The notes under the pieces are model-generated. The model did not search any database. It worked only from the letters and a program-made list of their open reading frames with translations, and was not told where the DNA came from. A program made the translations under genes and the position numbers. A stretch of DNA of 64,000 nt from Eledone cirrhosa (Eukaryota), in the NCBI GenBank assembly GCA_964016885.1, contig OZ024756.1:26102001-26166000 (forward strand). The letters are read 5' to 3'. Below, piece after piece: positions 1 to 12,500 of this stretch; position 1 is the first letter of the stretch, and every line of letters starts with the position of its first letter.

Positions 1-189
1 AATCATACTGCATCGTCCCTCATGTGAGTTAATAAAGGATGTAATCAGGCCTTAGGTAGAGGCCTGTTCGAAAAATATATTGCAGTCTTCATTTCATGCA
101 GTAAAAACTGGTGATGGGCTGGCGACATGACCCGAGAGGCATGGGATAGATGCACAAAGATTGCATAAGAGGATTCAGAAGGGAGCAAA

Positions 190-260
190 TCTTGACAATT
201 GGAACCTGGAACATTACAACCCTTATAGGTAAGAAACAGGAACTATATGCATCACATGTC
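190..260 (+). mobile_element. RTE-type LINE 5' fragment (start of AP-endonuclease domain)
   Basis: Translates LTIGTWNITTLIGKKQELY, matching the 'IGTWNV.TL' opening motif of LINE APE domains; the similarity ends within a few codons. Confidence 0.6.
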
Positions 261-1514
261 CGTATGAACGCAGTCTTCTCTCTTGCACAACACTTTGGAT
301 ATATCATCATCATCATTATTTAACATCTGCTTTCCTGGCTAGCAAGGATTGGACTGGTCTACATAGACCAAATCAGTACTGAAGCAGAGCCACTGATGTC
401 CCAGACAAACTGAGGGGGTCTGCATCCCACTTACATATGGTCATTATCGTGTGCAGAGAAGAAGTTGTGTCTTTTGACACAAACTGATGGATCCTCCTAA
501 ACCCTTGTTTGGCAAGCTTTCTATGGCTGGATGCCCTTCCTAACACCATCTACGTGGGTGCTTTTATTGTGTAGATCACCAGCACTGGAGAGGGTGTCAT
601 GTACTTGACATAATTAAAGGATCCTCCCAACCCCTTTGTTTGGCAAACTTTCTCTGATTGGATGCCCTTCCTATCACCAACCACTATACAGCATATACTG
701 GGTGCATTTATTGTGTAGATCCCCGACACTAGAGAAACAGTTGTGTCTCAGACACAGCTAAAGGGTCCACTCAATCCTATTAGGCATGATTTCTACAGTG
801 AGGTGCCCTTCCCGTTGCCAGCCACCCATATGGAGTGTACCAGGTACATTTTCATTGCCCCATCAATAGAGAGGAGGGCAATAGGGGAGGGAGATAGGTA
901 TTAAGTTATATGTTTGTGAGGATGGGTCGGGGTGGCTGATTAGTGTATGGGGAGTGGGGATGTAGTGGTGTGTGATGTGTGTATGTGGGTGGGGGTGGGG
1001 GTTGCTTGATAGAGAGGGGGTAAAGGGTAGAGAGAGTAGCTACACACACATAAAATTAGAAGTTTGTTAATAAAGATGGCCTGTAACTGGTTATTACACT
1101 TTTCACAACCACAGGGTTTCTGTTACAGCCCGACAGTGTGGCACCTTGGACAAATGTCAACTATAGACTTGGGTTAACCTATGTTTTGTGAGTGGAATTT
1201 AGTAGACGGAAACTGCAGAAGCTCATTGCATATATATGTATATATGTGCATGTTTGTATGTGTGTGAGAGTGAGATGGCGTTTATGTCATGTAGCTAAGT
1301 GGTTCAACCAAAAGGGGTTGATGAAATAAGTACCAGACATGAAAAAATGAAGTATTGGTGTCTATATGATTGACTAACAACACTTGAAGGTGGTACTCCA
1401 GCATGGTCACTGTCTCATGAAAATATGAGGTTTGAGGGATGGTAAAAATTAGCTAATTATCTCTCATAATTAAGATTTAACCTAAGTATATTTAAATAAC
1501 AACAGCTTAACACA

Positions 1515-1752
1515 CAGTGTTGTTGTTGGTGTAGTGGTGATGGTGGTAGTGTTGTTGTTGGTATAATGGTGACGGTAGTGTTGTTGTTGGTGTAGTGGTG
1601 GTAGTGTTGATGTAATGGTGGTGGTGCAGTTGTGGTAGTGTAGTGGTGATGATGCAGTGGTTGTGGTGCAGTTGTAGTGGGTGCTGTTGATGGTGGTGGT
1701 GCTGGGTGTTCTTGTTGGTGTAGTGGTGTTAGTGTTGGTGGTGATAATGATG
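1515..1752. repeat. Degenerate (GTG/GTT/GTA)n trinucleotide tract
   Basis: Seen directly. Confidence 0.9.
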
Positions 1753-2164
1753 TGTATGTGTGGCGGGAGTTGACATTGACTTATTAAAAAAAACCCATCA
1801 ATGGTTCAAAGACTAACAACAACTAACAAACAAAAGACAGAAAAATCTACTGAAACTGTAAAGGTTAAAAAACTAGAAGGTCACCCATGTTGAAAGTTTT
1901 ATGTAATTATTGGCTTAAACCAGTCATTCAGTCCATACTGCACTGCACCTCACCTTCCGTAGGTATCTGTCTTAATGCTATGGAATTTTAGTCCCATCAT
2001 CATCCTCGGTTTATGTTCACTTTCTATGCTAGAAAGGCCTGGAAATAAGATATTGATACTGTTGGACAGTTTGTCAAAATCTGAGATTAAACTGGTCGGG
2101 GAACTATGTCTTATTGACTCACACATTCCATATTTAGTCATGGTCTCTATGGTTGGATGCCCTT

Positions 2165-2360
2165 CCTAATGCCAATCACTTTACAGAGTACACTGGGTGT
2201 ATTTTATCATGGCACCAGTACTATTATTTTACAGAGTGTAGTAGGTGTATTTTATGGCACCAGTAATACTATTTTTCAGAGTGCACTAGGTGTATTTTGT
2301 CATGGCACCAGCACTATCACTTTACAGAGTGTACTGGGTATATTTTATCATGACACTAAC
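2165..2360. repeat. ~46-bp tandem repeat (about 4 copies) derived from the SINE/RTE tail
   Basis: Repeated 'tttacagagtgtactgggtgtattttatcatggcaccagtacta'-like unit directly after the tail motif 'ggatgcccttcctaa'. Confidence 0.7.
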
Positions 2361-2980
2361 ATTAGAGAGATTGTCAAGTTATATACAAGACTGAAAGGTC
2401 CCCTCTATTCTATGTTAATTTAGTTCATTTGCCAGTCACTTTACACAGGGAACTGAGTGCATTCCATCAGGTTGTCTTATCTGCTGCAAGCTAAAAGGGG
2501 CCACTTCACTCTATGAGATCTGTGGTCTCACATTACATTTAGCATTGCCATGCTTGTACTGATGGGCAGATCTTTTCTAGTACTTATCTAGATATAACTC
2601 TGCTAATTCTCCTGTGAGCCAATGATTGCAGTCTGGGGATGAGTCTACACCAAGGAAACCAAGATAAGCACCACCTAATGAGCCTCTGGGATTGAGACAG
2701 ACTACACTTTAGATTAAGTACTGGAGTCAATGTAATTAACTTTCCCCTACCCCCAAACAAATTGCTGGTCTTGTGCCAATGTTAGAGATAATTATATATA
2801 AAACAGACAGTTTACATTGCAACAACCATTATAGTCAATTCATTTATTTCTGATCCAGCAGCGATGAAGATGGCGACCATGAGCTGAGCTGTTAATTACC
2901 GACGTCAACCTGTGCTAGCTAACCAGATAACGTATTTAGCAAGGTCAGTGAAGCTGCATTTAGAAGACTAAGCCTTTCAT

Positions 2981-3940
2981 GGTGGTGGTGTTGGTGTTGT
3001 TGTGGCTGGTAGTAGTGGTGATGTGGTGATGGTGGTGTTAGTGGAGGTGTTGTTGTTGGTGGTGGTGGTAGTAGTAGTAGTAGTGGTGTTAATGGAGGTG
3101 GTGATGGTGGTGTTAGTGGAGGTGTTGTTGTTGGTGGTGGTAGTAGTAGTAGTAGTAGTGGTGTTAATGGAGGTGGTGATGGTAGTGTTAGTGGAGGTGT
3201 TGTTGTTGGTGGTGGTAGTAGTAGTAGTGGTGTTAATGGAGGTGGTGATGGTGGTGTTAGTGGATGTGTTGTTGTTGTTGGTGGTAGTAGTAGTGGTGTT
3301 AATGGTAGTGTTAGTGGAGGTGTTGTTGGTAGTGGTGGTAGTAGTAGTGGTGTTAATGGTAGTGTTAGTGGAGGTGTTGTTGGTGGTGGTGGTAGTAGTA
3401 GTGGTGTTAATGGTAGTGTTAGTGGAGGTGTTGTTGTTGGTGGTGGTACTAGTAGTGGTGTTAATGGTAGTGTTAGTGGAGGTGTTGTTGGTGGTGGTGG
3501 TAGTAGTAGTGGTGTTAATGGTAGTGTTAGTGGAGGTGTTGTTGTTGGTGGTGGTAGTAGTAGTGGTGTTAATGGTAGTGTTAGTGGAGGTGTTGTTGGT
3601 GGTGGTGGTAGTAGTAGTGGTGTTAATGGTAGTGTTAGTGGATGTGTTGTTGGTGGTGGTGGTAGTAGTAGTGGTGTTAATGGTAGTGTTAGTGGAGGTG
3701 TTGTTGTTGGTGGTGGTAGTAGTAGTAGTGGTGTTAATGGAGGTGTTAATGGTAGTGTTAGTGGAGGTGTTGTTGTTGGTGGTGGTGGTAGTAGTAGTAG
3801 TGGTGTTAATGGAGGTGTTAATGGTAGTGTTAGTGGAGGTGTTGTTGTTGGTGGTGGTACTAGTAGTGGTGTTAATGGTAGTGTTAGTGGATGTGTTGTT
3901 GTTGTTGGTGGTAGTAGTATTAGCGGTGTTAGTGATAGTG
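2981..3940. repeat. Compound GTG/GTA/GTT microsatellite with a ~54-70 bp higher-order unit
   Basis: Recurring 'gtgttaatggtagtgttagtggaggtgttgttgttgg'; explains the Val-rich ORF 3002..3997. Confidence 0.95.
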
Positions 3941-4570
3941 GGTTACACAGAGAAATACAATGTTAATGTTAACACATTGGCCTCATATGGAAGGTAATTA
4001 CAACAAAAGGCCATGAACAACAACAACAAGCCACACAAAAGACACTATACACCACCTATATGTTATAACTGCATGGAGGGGGATTAGCTGAGGATCAATG
4101 GAAAGAATAAAGACAAGTTAAACCAACACAAAGCATATAATATATGATATAGGTTAGAGAAGAGGGAGTGGTGGCCATATACACACACACACATATATAT
4201 ATTACATTTATGTATTTGTTCTGCAACATTCTTGATGTGAAATTATGTGTTGAAACCGATATTGTTATATTTGGGGAGAGTCATGCTGTAAATATGGCTA
4301 ATAGAAAGAAACACATGCACCATATAATTTTAACTTTTTCTTTATCTTTATTGTTTCGTTGTTCATTTGTTTGTCAAAGTTCTTTCGTCACACATTTTGT
4401 GACTTCCTCAATGATTACCTGTTTTGTGCCTCCTCTTTTTCTGATCTTAAACTTCTACTCTATCTTGTCTTTTGTTTGTTTTGCAGTGCGTTTTTCATGT
4501 CTGTGATTGATTTGTGCCTGCATCTGTGTGTGTGTGTGTGTGTATGTTTGCATCTGCATTTGCATCATGT

Positions 4571-4908
4571 GGAGGCACATGGCTTAGTGGTTAGAGCATT
4601 GGCCTTGCAATCGAAAGGTTGTGAGTTCAATTCTCAGACCGGGTGAGGTGTTGTTTCCTTGAGCAAGACACTTTATTTCACATTGCTCCAGTTTACTCAG
4701 CTGTAGAAATGAGATGATAGGACCGGGGTCCCTATCATTCCACTGTAAAGTGGTCGTGGAGGTGCCACGGCAAAAAAGCACCCAGCACTCACTGTAAATG
4801 AGGTTGGTGTTAGGAAGGGCATCCAGCTGTAGAAATCAAGCCAGAATCAGTTCCCGTCCGACTCTTGCAAGCAGGGAAAAAGCGGACGTAAAATGAAATG
4901 ATGATGAT
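4571..4908 (+). mobile_element. tRNA-derived SINE (family A), full length, (ATG)n tail
   Basis: A-box TGGCTTAGTGG, B-box GAGTTCAATTC, body 'ttgagcaagacactttatttcacattgctcc', tail 'taggaagggcatccagc...ggacgtaaaatgatgat'. Near-identical copies at 7712 and 49471. Confidence 0.9.
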
Positions 4909-5679
4909 CTGTGTTTTGAGGTTTGTATTGTTTACTGTTTGTGTCTTTTATTCTTTTCTATTCTGTCTTCAGTTGTTAACTTGTGTGCTGTGACTAGTCC
5001 ACTCGTGTTTTCTGTTCAGGCTAGGACTATCTTCTACTATGTGGGTGACTTCAGTAATTTGTCTATGTGTGGATAGGATCTATGTTATCTATTGACCCGC
5101 CATGTTCTAGTTTGGATTGTTGGTATAGCACTGATGACCATATGATACATGTGCATATGTTTCAGTATCTATATGTGTGATGTGCAGTTATGTATGTGTG
5201 TGTGTGTGTATATGATACCATGGAAGCCAACATAAAACATACCTGTACATTATAGATATAGATATATATATCATCATCATCATTGTTGTTTAACATCTAT
5301 TTTTCCACACTTGCATGGGTTAGATGGCTTGCCTACGTAATGAGACAAGCCTGGCCAGTTGGCCATACCATATGTTGCTCAAATGGAATTGTATTTTGAC
5401 TGGTTTTTTTCACAGCTAAATGCCCTTCCCAACCCCAACGATGTTTACAGTATATTATCATTCTCATTATTTAACGTTCATTTTCCATGCTTGCATGAAC
5501 ATGAATGGTTTGTCACATTATGAGACAATTCAGGTCAGAAGACCATGTCTTGCTTATAGAGATTTGCATTTTGGATTGGTTTCTATGGCTGAATACACTT
5601 CCTAACACCAACCACATTACAGTATGGACTGGGTGCTTTTTGTCGTGTCACCACCATGACAACTTTATATATATATATA

Positions 5680-6006
5680 TAATCATCATCATCAACGTTT
5701 TACATTCGTTCTTCCACGCTAGCATGGGTTAGACGGGTTGTCCTGTTGTGGGCAGTGTCCGGTCGGCTGACCTTGTCTTGCTTGCTCATACGGGAACTGA
5801 TTCTGGCTTGATTTCTACAGCTGGATGCCCTTCCTAACACCAACCTCATTTACAGTGAGCGCTGGGTGCTTTTTTTCCATGCCACCTACACGTCCACTTT
5901 ACAGTGTGGGCTGGGTGCTTTTTTGCCGTGGTACCTCCACGACCACTTTGCAGTGGAATGATAGGGACCCTAGTCCTATCATCTCATTTCTACAGCTGAG
6001 TAAACT
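5680..6006 (-). mobile_element. SINE family A, 5'-truncated
   Basis: Reverse complement of the 3' two-thirds of 4571..4908. Confidence 0.85.
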
Positions 6007-6292
6007 GTATATATATTACTTCAAGATATACTTACACAGGAATAATAATAATGAAATTATTGTGTAAAGTGCTCAGGTGCACTACAACTCGTCAATATAG
6101 TACATAGAATAATACACAAATGTCAGGGAAGTATATGTGTGTATACAAGTGAAGTCATAAACTCGTCATCTACGTAAACCTCTTGTTGAGTCAAACAACG
6201 CCGTACACTTAAACTATTCATGATAAGAAGTTTTCACAACCTCTAATCGGATTACCTTTAACAATATCTTGTTATCTTATATATATATATAT

Positions 6293-6588
6293 CATCATCA
6301 TCGTTTAACGTCCCTGTTCCACGCTTGCATGGGTTTGGACGGGGGTTTTCCCACTTGAGGCAAGAGTGGTTGTTTTGCTCGCATAGGACTGTCTGGCGGG
6401 TTTTCTACAGTTGGATGCCCTTCCTAACACCAACCACATTTACAGTGTGGGGCTGGGAGGTTTTTACCGTGTTGCCTACACAGCCACATTACAGCGTGGA
6501 CTGTCTGGCGTGTTTTCTACAGCTGGATGCCCTTCCTAACACCAACCACATTTACAGTGTGGGACTGGGAGGTTTTTACCGTGTTGCC

Positions 6589-6590
<2 letters not shown>
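6293..6590 (-). mobile_element. SINE/RTE tail with an internal duplication
   Basis: 'ggatgcccttcctaacaccaaccacatttacagtgtggg' occurs twice; an inverted copy lies at 7430..7680. Confidence 0.75.
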
Positions 6591-6627
<37 letters not shown>

Positions 6628-6963
6628 CACCATAATCATCATCACCATTTAATGTTTATTTTCCATGCTTGAATGGATTGGATGAGTAATTCTCAGTACA
6701 GTATCTCTCCACTTGGTGCCTATATGTATATATATATATATATAGAGAGAGAGAGATATGTGTGTATATAGGTATAAAATATAAGGATCGATTGACTTTC
6801 GTCAAATCGGACCGAGGAAACAGTGTTTCCGTTGATCTTTCCAGTTGTTAGTACTATCTATCGGTCGCAACTCCAGGTAGAAGGAGCAATGTGAAATAAA
6901 GTGTCTTGCTCAAGGACATAACGCATCGCCCGTTCCAAGAATCGAACTCACAATCACAATAGG

Positions 6964-7000
<37 letters not shown>

Positions 7001-7003
<3 letters not shown>

Positions 7004-7294
7004 CGGCAAAGCATAAACGAACTAAGGAATAAATTAGAGATAAGAGGGATCAGATGTTGTTTACTCGAGAGAAGGCTACGTTGGTATGGACACGTGATGC
7101 GCATGAAAGTCGATAGCTGTATAACAAAGTGCAGGGCAATAAAGATAGACGGTAGTCACGGAATAGGCAGACCTAGAAAAACCTGGGACGAGCTGATAAA
7201 CTCCGACATCACACACTTACACCTCTCCAAGACAATGTCACTGGACCGAGACCTTTGGCGGTACTCAGTAACAGAGAAGACCCGCCTTACCTAA
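7001..7294 (+). mobile_element. RTE-clade LINE 3' coding fragment
   Basis: ERRLRWYGHVMRM...GRPRKTWDE...DRDLWR, the typical RTE C-terminus. Confidence 0.9.
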
Positions 7295-7711
7295 ATATAT
7301 AGTAAAACCTACTCCAGCCAGTAGGCATCTCTAACAAATACACCCCGTCCCACCACCCCCACCCGATCCACACCACCCCGTTCTATGTAAAGTTATGTTG
7401 GTGCCGCGCCATCGAGGCCGAAACAAATGAGATCGTGTAGGTGTCACGACAAAAAAACACACAGTCCACGCTGTAATGTGGCCGTGTAGGCAACACGGTA
7501 AAAACCTCCCAGACCCACACTGTAAATGTGGTTGGTGTTAGGAAGGGCATCCAACTGTAGAAAACCTGCCAGACAGTCCTATGCGAGCAAGACAATCACT
7601 CTTGCCTCAAGTGGGACTACCCCCGTCCAAACCCATGCAAGCGTGGAACACGGACGTTAAACGTTGATGATGATGATGATATATATATATATATACATAT
7701 GTATATATAAT

Positions 7712-8057
7712 GGAGGCACATGGCTTAGTGGTTAGAGCATTGGCCTTGCAATCGAAAGGTTGTGAGTTCAATTCTCAGACCGGGTGATGTGTTGTTTCCT
7801 TGAGCAAGACACTTTATTTCACATTGCTCCAGTTTACTCAGCTGTAGAAATGAGATGATAGGGACTGGGGTCCATATCATTCCACTGTAAAGTGGTCGTG
7901 GAGGTGCCACGGCAAAAAAGCACCCAGCACTCACTGTAAATGAGGTTGGTGTTAGGAAGCGCATCCAGCTGTAGAAATCAAGCCAGAATCAGTTCCCGTC
8001 CCACCCTTGCAAGCAGGGAAAAGTGGACGTAAAATGATGATGATGATGATGATGATG
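7712..8057 (+). mobile_element. tRNA-derived SINE (family A), full length
   Basis: Same A/B boxes and tail as 4571..4908; ends in (ATG)n about 35 bp from the WASP exon donor. Confidence 0.9.
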
Positions 8058-8092
8058 AATGCTATGGAATGTAGAAAGCCAATGTAACATAC

Positions 8093-8233
8093 CTGTACAT
8101 CATATATTCGGAAGTAATAAGATCGTCTGCTGTTGTCTTTGATAAAACAGACAGCGCCAGAATGTCTCTTGTTCCATTGTTGGAAGTTGGGTTTATCGGC
8201 CAGAAACAACTGGCCAAGTGCCGATGCCAAAGT
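8093..8233 (-). CDS. WASL: WASP/N-WASP coding exon 2 (WH1/EVH1 domain)
   Basis: TLASALGQLFLADKPNFQQWNKRHSGAVCFIKDNSRRSYYFRIYDVQ aligns by eye with human WAS [47 protein letters not shown]. Acceptor tttttcag, donor CAG|gtatgt, 141 bp, phase 0/0. Exon 3 not found in 1..8092, so presumably outside the window. Confidence 0.95.
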
Positions 8234-8249
8234 CTGAAAAACAATGAAT

Positions 8250-8485
8250 AATAATAATAATAATATCAATGATTTCTAGTATAGGCACAAAGCCAGTAAT
8301 TTGGGGGAGGAGAAAGTCGATTAAATTGACCCCAGTGCATTACTGGTGCTTTATTTTATGGACCCAGTAAGGATGAAAGGCAAAATTAACCTCGGCAGGA
8401 TTTGAACTCAGACCGTAAAGGGCCGTAACTCTATTCTGCAAAGCATAGCGACCAACCCTCTACCGATACTACCAATCCACCGCCC
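8250..8485 (-). mobile_element. tRNA-derived SINE (family B), (ATT)n tail
   Basis: Head ggcggtggattgg..., B-box GAGTTCAAATCC, body 'ttgcctttcatcc...ataaaataaag', tail 'ctttgtgccta...attattatt'. Confidence 0.85.
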
Positions 8486-9120
8486 TAATAATAACAATAA
8501 TAATAATAATAATGGTTTCTGATTTTGGCATAAGGCCAGCAATTTTGTGGAGTTTTAATTTTTTTTAGCTAAGGGTGGTTCTTCAGATTGAAAAGTTTCT
8601 TGATCCTTGGCGGCCCGGGGCACTTCGAGTGGGGGTTATCATACACAACACTCTCCACACCCCCAATTTTACTTTTCAAATTTAGCTTGGCGCAAGTAAT
8701 TGGAATTGAAAAGTTATACATACAAGTATTAAATAAAAAAATTCTAACCATCCTAAAAAGCCCAGCTGGGGGCACAAATAAATTGCTACGGCCGTCGCTG
8801 CCCCCCCCCTCCTCTCCATTAAATCCGGTAACTCTTGACCTAGAAGTCACTGTCTCTATCACCTTTAGGTCACCATTCAGACATAGTGATAGGGGGACAA
8901 AAATATATCTAAGAGTTATCTCCCTTTCTAATTCACGGGGATATGGGATGTCGCGCCTGGGAGTGAAAGCAGCCAATTGGCCGCATTGCTCGTCTTTCAA
9001 CAGTTCCTTTTGGAAATATCTCCTGGGAATGTCCTTCTTAGACTATCAGTAATACAACACACACACTTGAAATAAAGTCGTTCCAATACGCACACACGTA
9101 ATACGCTGACAAACTATAAT

Positions 9121-9300
9121 TGTTTCTACTTTAGGCACAAGGCCAGCAATTACCCAGTGCATTACTGGTACTTTATTTTATCGACCCCAAAAGGATGAAA
9201 GGCAAAGTCAACCTCGGCGGGATTTGAACTCAGATCGTAAAGGGACGTAACTATGCTGGAAAGCTTGGCGTCCGACCCTCTACCGATACTGCCAATACGG
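9121..9300 (-). mobile_element. SINE family B with 14-bp target-site duplication
   Basis: TGACAAACTATAAT at 9107-9120 and 9301-9314. Confidence 0.9.
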
Positions 9301-9352
9301 TGACAAACTATAATATGCATACATGTAATATGACAAACAACACATTCACATA

Positions 9353-9730
9353 CATCGGTCGCTTTCCGATAGGTTTGCAGTCGAGCCCCTAGCAGTGGAG
9401 AACTCTGGTGTCGTTGGCCCTAGAGCTACATCCCTACTTACCAACATAGGCGCTGAGCTGGCGAGCCGCAGGTGTGAGCCTCGCGAGATGGAATAGCTCT
9501 TCCAGCGCATCTCCCTTACCATCCTCCGGGTAAACGCCTTCTCTATTCTGTCCACCATGGCCGTCGGGCGGCCAGCGCACGGGACCCCATTTGCTCATAA
9601 TAGTAAGAGATGAGGAGGGCAAGAGAGATGGAGGCGATGACAGTGGGAGTTCGGCTCCTCTATGTTCGGACCTGGTGTCCGTGTATTAACTTGAATTACC
9701 ATCCTTATTCTATTTATGTTTTGTTAAAAA
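9353..9730 (+). mobile_element. 3' end of an RLE-type non-LTR retrotransposon (CRE-like), decayed
   Basis: RSLSDRFAVEPLAVENSGVVGPRATSLLTNIGAELASRRCEPREME*LFQRISLTILRVNAFSIL matches the C-terminal 'P.AVET.G..G......FQR.S..I.RGNA..I' restriction-like endonuclease region; one internal stop. Confidence 0.75.
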
Positions 9731-10465
9731 TAATTATTACCTACTCACATACATGTAATATAACATACACCCACGTAATATGACAAACAATACTCACATA
9801 CATGTAATATAACATACACACATGTTATATGATGACAAACAATAGACACATGTAATATGATGACAAACTACAACACATATGTTGCCCATTATACAAAGCA
9901 ATTGTGTAAAGAAGATAGGTGGAGGGGGGTCATCTCTGATTTAGATGAAATACTTCCTTGTTCTAATTTGACTGTCACAACACATTCTCGGAAAACACAC
10001 ACACACACATCCATACAAAAAAGACAGCCACAAACAAACACATCCATCCACACACACACACACACACACACAAGCACAAATATATCCACAGACAATCACA
10101 GCCATTAATGAATCAACTATTAATATTGCAAAAATCTATTAAGATCCCACGTATTGGGTTACAAATGGATTTGAAATAGAAAACATCAGAAACCTTCACT
10201 GAAAAAGATGACCCCAACAGGACCCCAACATGACATGCAACAAAAGTTATTTTAAAGAAATACCGCTGCCTCACATATAAACAATTGAGATTGTATAACA
10301 AGGAAGTCATCAACATTCAATTTTTTGTACTCAAATAGGAAAATCTATGTCAGGTTGTCTAAGATCTATCTTCAAAAGGGATATTTTTCATGAAGCAGGG
10401 TTAACCCTTACTCACTTATTACTAGAAGAATCTAGGAAACATAAATTGCCAACTGCTCAGTTTAA

Positions 10466-10715
10466 CCCTTTAGCATTTAAACCGGCTGTATCCAACCAGA
10501 ATTCTCTCACCTGTTTCTGTTCAAACCAGCTGTAACCAGCCACTGGTTACAGCTGGTTTGAACAGATGTTAAGGTATTGTTCTCAATACTGATGTTAAGG
10601 TATTGTTCTCAAAATAAAAAAAACCTCAAAATCTCATTGATTCGATATTATGTGAGATAAAGTGTTTACCATGAAAATATAAAATTAAATATAGAGTAAT
10701 GTAAATGCTAAAGGG
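10466..10715. mobile_element. TTAA-flanked MITE (piggyBac-like)
   Basis: TTAA|CCCTTTAGCATT...AATGCTAAAGGG|TTAA. Related copies at ~36352-36571, 39373-39569, 52030-52206 and a partial copy near 15210-15280. Confidence 0.85.
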
Positions 10716-11209
10716 TTAAATTAAATGCAAAAGAAAACAGTATGATATTTGACTTCCTCCATGAGTAGAACAATTAAAATAACGATTAAAAACTCAAAAG
10801 AAGTAAAAGAATTCCATGACAACATCATGTTTTAGCAACAGGGTTAGTTATAGACATGGATCATATTCAGGCACTGGAGTAGGGTGTGGAGCTACTTGGT
10901 TTTTCAAAAATAATAATAGATGTAGGAATTTCAGATTAAGGATTTCATATTTGATGCAAAGTGATGGGGAATTATATTCCTAAAGAAATGCCGTGGAAAA
11001 AAGGTTTCCTATTTACTTATAGTTTATCACACTTAGAACTGTTTTAATCAAGGAAAATATGTCAAGTTAGAGATATTGAGAGTACTTTCAGAATAGATAA
11101 CTATCTGTCTTTCAGAAAATGAGAAACACATAATGATTTGGATACCAGGCCATAAATGTATTAGGTGAAATAGGAAAGCAGATAAATTAACAAAGGAGGG
11201 AGAAATAAT

Positions 11210-11395
11210 TGTTTCTACATTTGGCACAAGGTCAGCAATTATTTCAGTGTATTACTGGTACTTTATTTTATCGACCCTGTAAGGATGAAAGGCAAAGTTA
11301 ACCTCGGCGGAATTTGAACTCAGAATGGCAAGGGCCGTAACTCTATGCGTCAAAGCATGGCGTCCAACCCTCTACCGATACTGCCAATCCAACAC
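11210..11395 (-). mobile_element. SINE family B with 19-bp target-site duplication
   Basis: CAAAGGAGGGAGAAATAAT at 11191-11209 and 11396-11414. Confidence 0.9.
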
Positions 11396-11439
11396 CAAAG
11401 GAGGGAGAAATAATAGATATAGATTATATTCCAAATCTC

Positions 11440-11765
11440 TTAGCTCTTAGTCCGGCTTGTTCCGTCAGGAACAGGAACATAAGTCAACCAATCATTTCCA
11501 ACACTGTCGGTCAGTGGAAGATAGTTGACATCTGTGCAAGGAGATGTTGACAGTTTGTAGGTCGCTTTGGAAAGATCACCGCCAGATCACCTTTGGTCGG
11601 CCTCTTTTCCGCTTGCCTTCGGAGGAAGTCCACGTCACTGCCATTTTGGATGGGCAGTGTTTTGTGAGGCACAGAATGTGACCCGCAAAACGGAACCAAT
11701 GCTCTGTGACAATCTCCTGTAGTGTACGCGATCCTGCACTCCGCAGGATCTCTTTGTTCCAAAGC
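11440..11765 (-). mobile_element. RTE-like LINE 3' fragment (second family), with stops
   Basis: A frame not in the ORF list reads EIVTEHWFRFAGHILCL...MAVTWTSSEGKRKRGRPKVIWR. Confidence 0.75.
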
Positions 11766-12196
11766 TATCGCAAGTCAAATCGTTTAACAAAAATATGATT
11801 AGTCTAAGGTGAGAAAATTCTAGAGATAAGCCCTCAAATTTCAATCCTCCATATCTCAGCCAGATCTGTCAACATTTAAAATGTACCAGACACTGATATA
11901 CTTGTCCTTGTTTTTAACTTTAAAATATTATTTATGTTCCTTTTGCCTCTCATTGGTTTTCCCTTTTCCTTTTTTATTCTCTCTCTGTCTATCTTGCTTT
12001 TGTTTCTTAACTGTAAGGAGTACTAGATACCTCCCCTAGTCTGTCATGGCTTACTAACTCCATAAGGACGTCTAAATTAATTGAATAAGTAAATTCATGG
12101 GCTAGTCGAGAACCAACATTGTCTCATACAATGTTACAATATGGTTTACACGAATCATTAGTTCTAAGAAAGGAGCTGGAAGTGAGGAATATATAT

Positions 12197-12458
12197 ATCA
12201 TCATCATTTTACGTCCGCTTTTCCCTGCTTGCAAGGGTGGGACGGATCTTATTAAGCACGGCATCTCTCCATTCATCACGGTCCTTTGTCATCTCCTCCG
12301 TGAGCTTCAGCGATCTGAGGTCTGCTCTCACCACCTCTGCCCATGTTTTTCGTGGTCTTTCTTCTACTGGGATTTCATGGCACTTCTTTACCCAGCAGTC
12401 TCCTCTCCCTCACACTACAGCCCATCCCTCTTATACACAGTTTCTCTCTCAACTCGTC

Positions 12459-12459
<1 letters not shown>
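12197..12459 (-). mobile_element. RTE LINE 3' end with (ATG)n tail
   Basis: DELREKLCIRGMGCSVRERRL...; ends in 'cttgcaagcagggaaaagcggacgtaaaatgatg', the same tail as SINE family A. Confidence 0.8.

Positions 12460-12500
<41 letters not shown>

Noticed and set aside
1950-2141. Possible WASP exon 3 (tttccag...gaag|gtgagg, 85 bp)
   Set aside because: No WEQELY-like WH1 sequence, and the phase-0 frame has a stop.
2855-2900. DEDGDHELS EF-loop-like peptide on the + strand
   Set aside because: Immediately followed by a stop; no supporting exons.
3002-3997. 331-aa Val/Leu-rich ORF
   Set aside because: Translation of a trinucleotide microsatellite inside a WASP intron; GTG start, no unique domain. 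A Thr/Pro-rich antisense exon does not fit the middle of a WH1 domain.
4571-4645. SINE heads as tRNA genes
   Set aside because: No acceptor stem or T-run terminator; they continue into the SINE body.
8569-9052. Overlapping 143-aa and 154-aa ORFs
   Set aside because: Non-ATG starts, no recognisable domain, located among intronic repeats.
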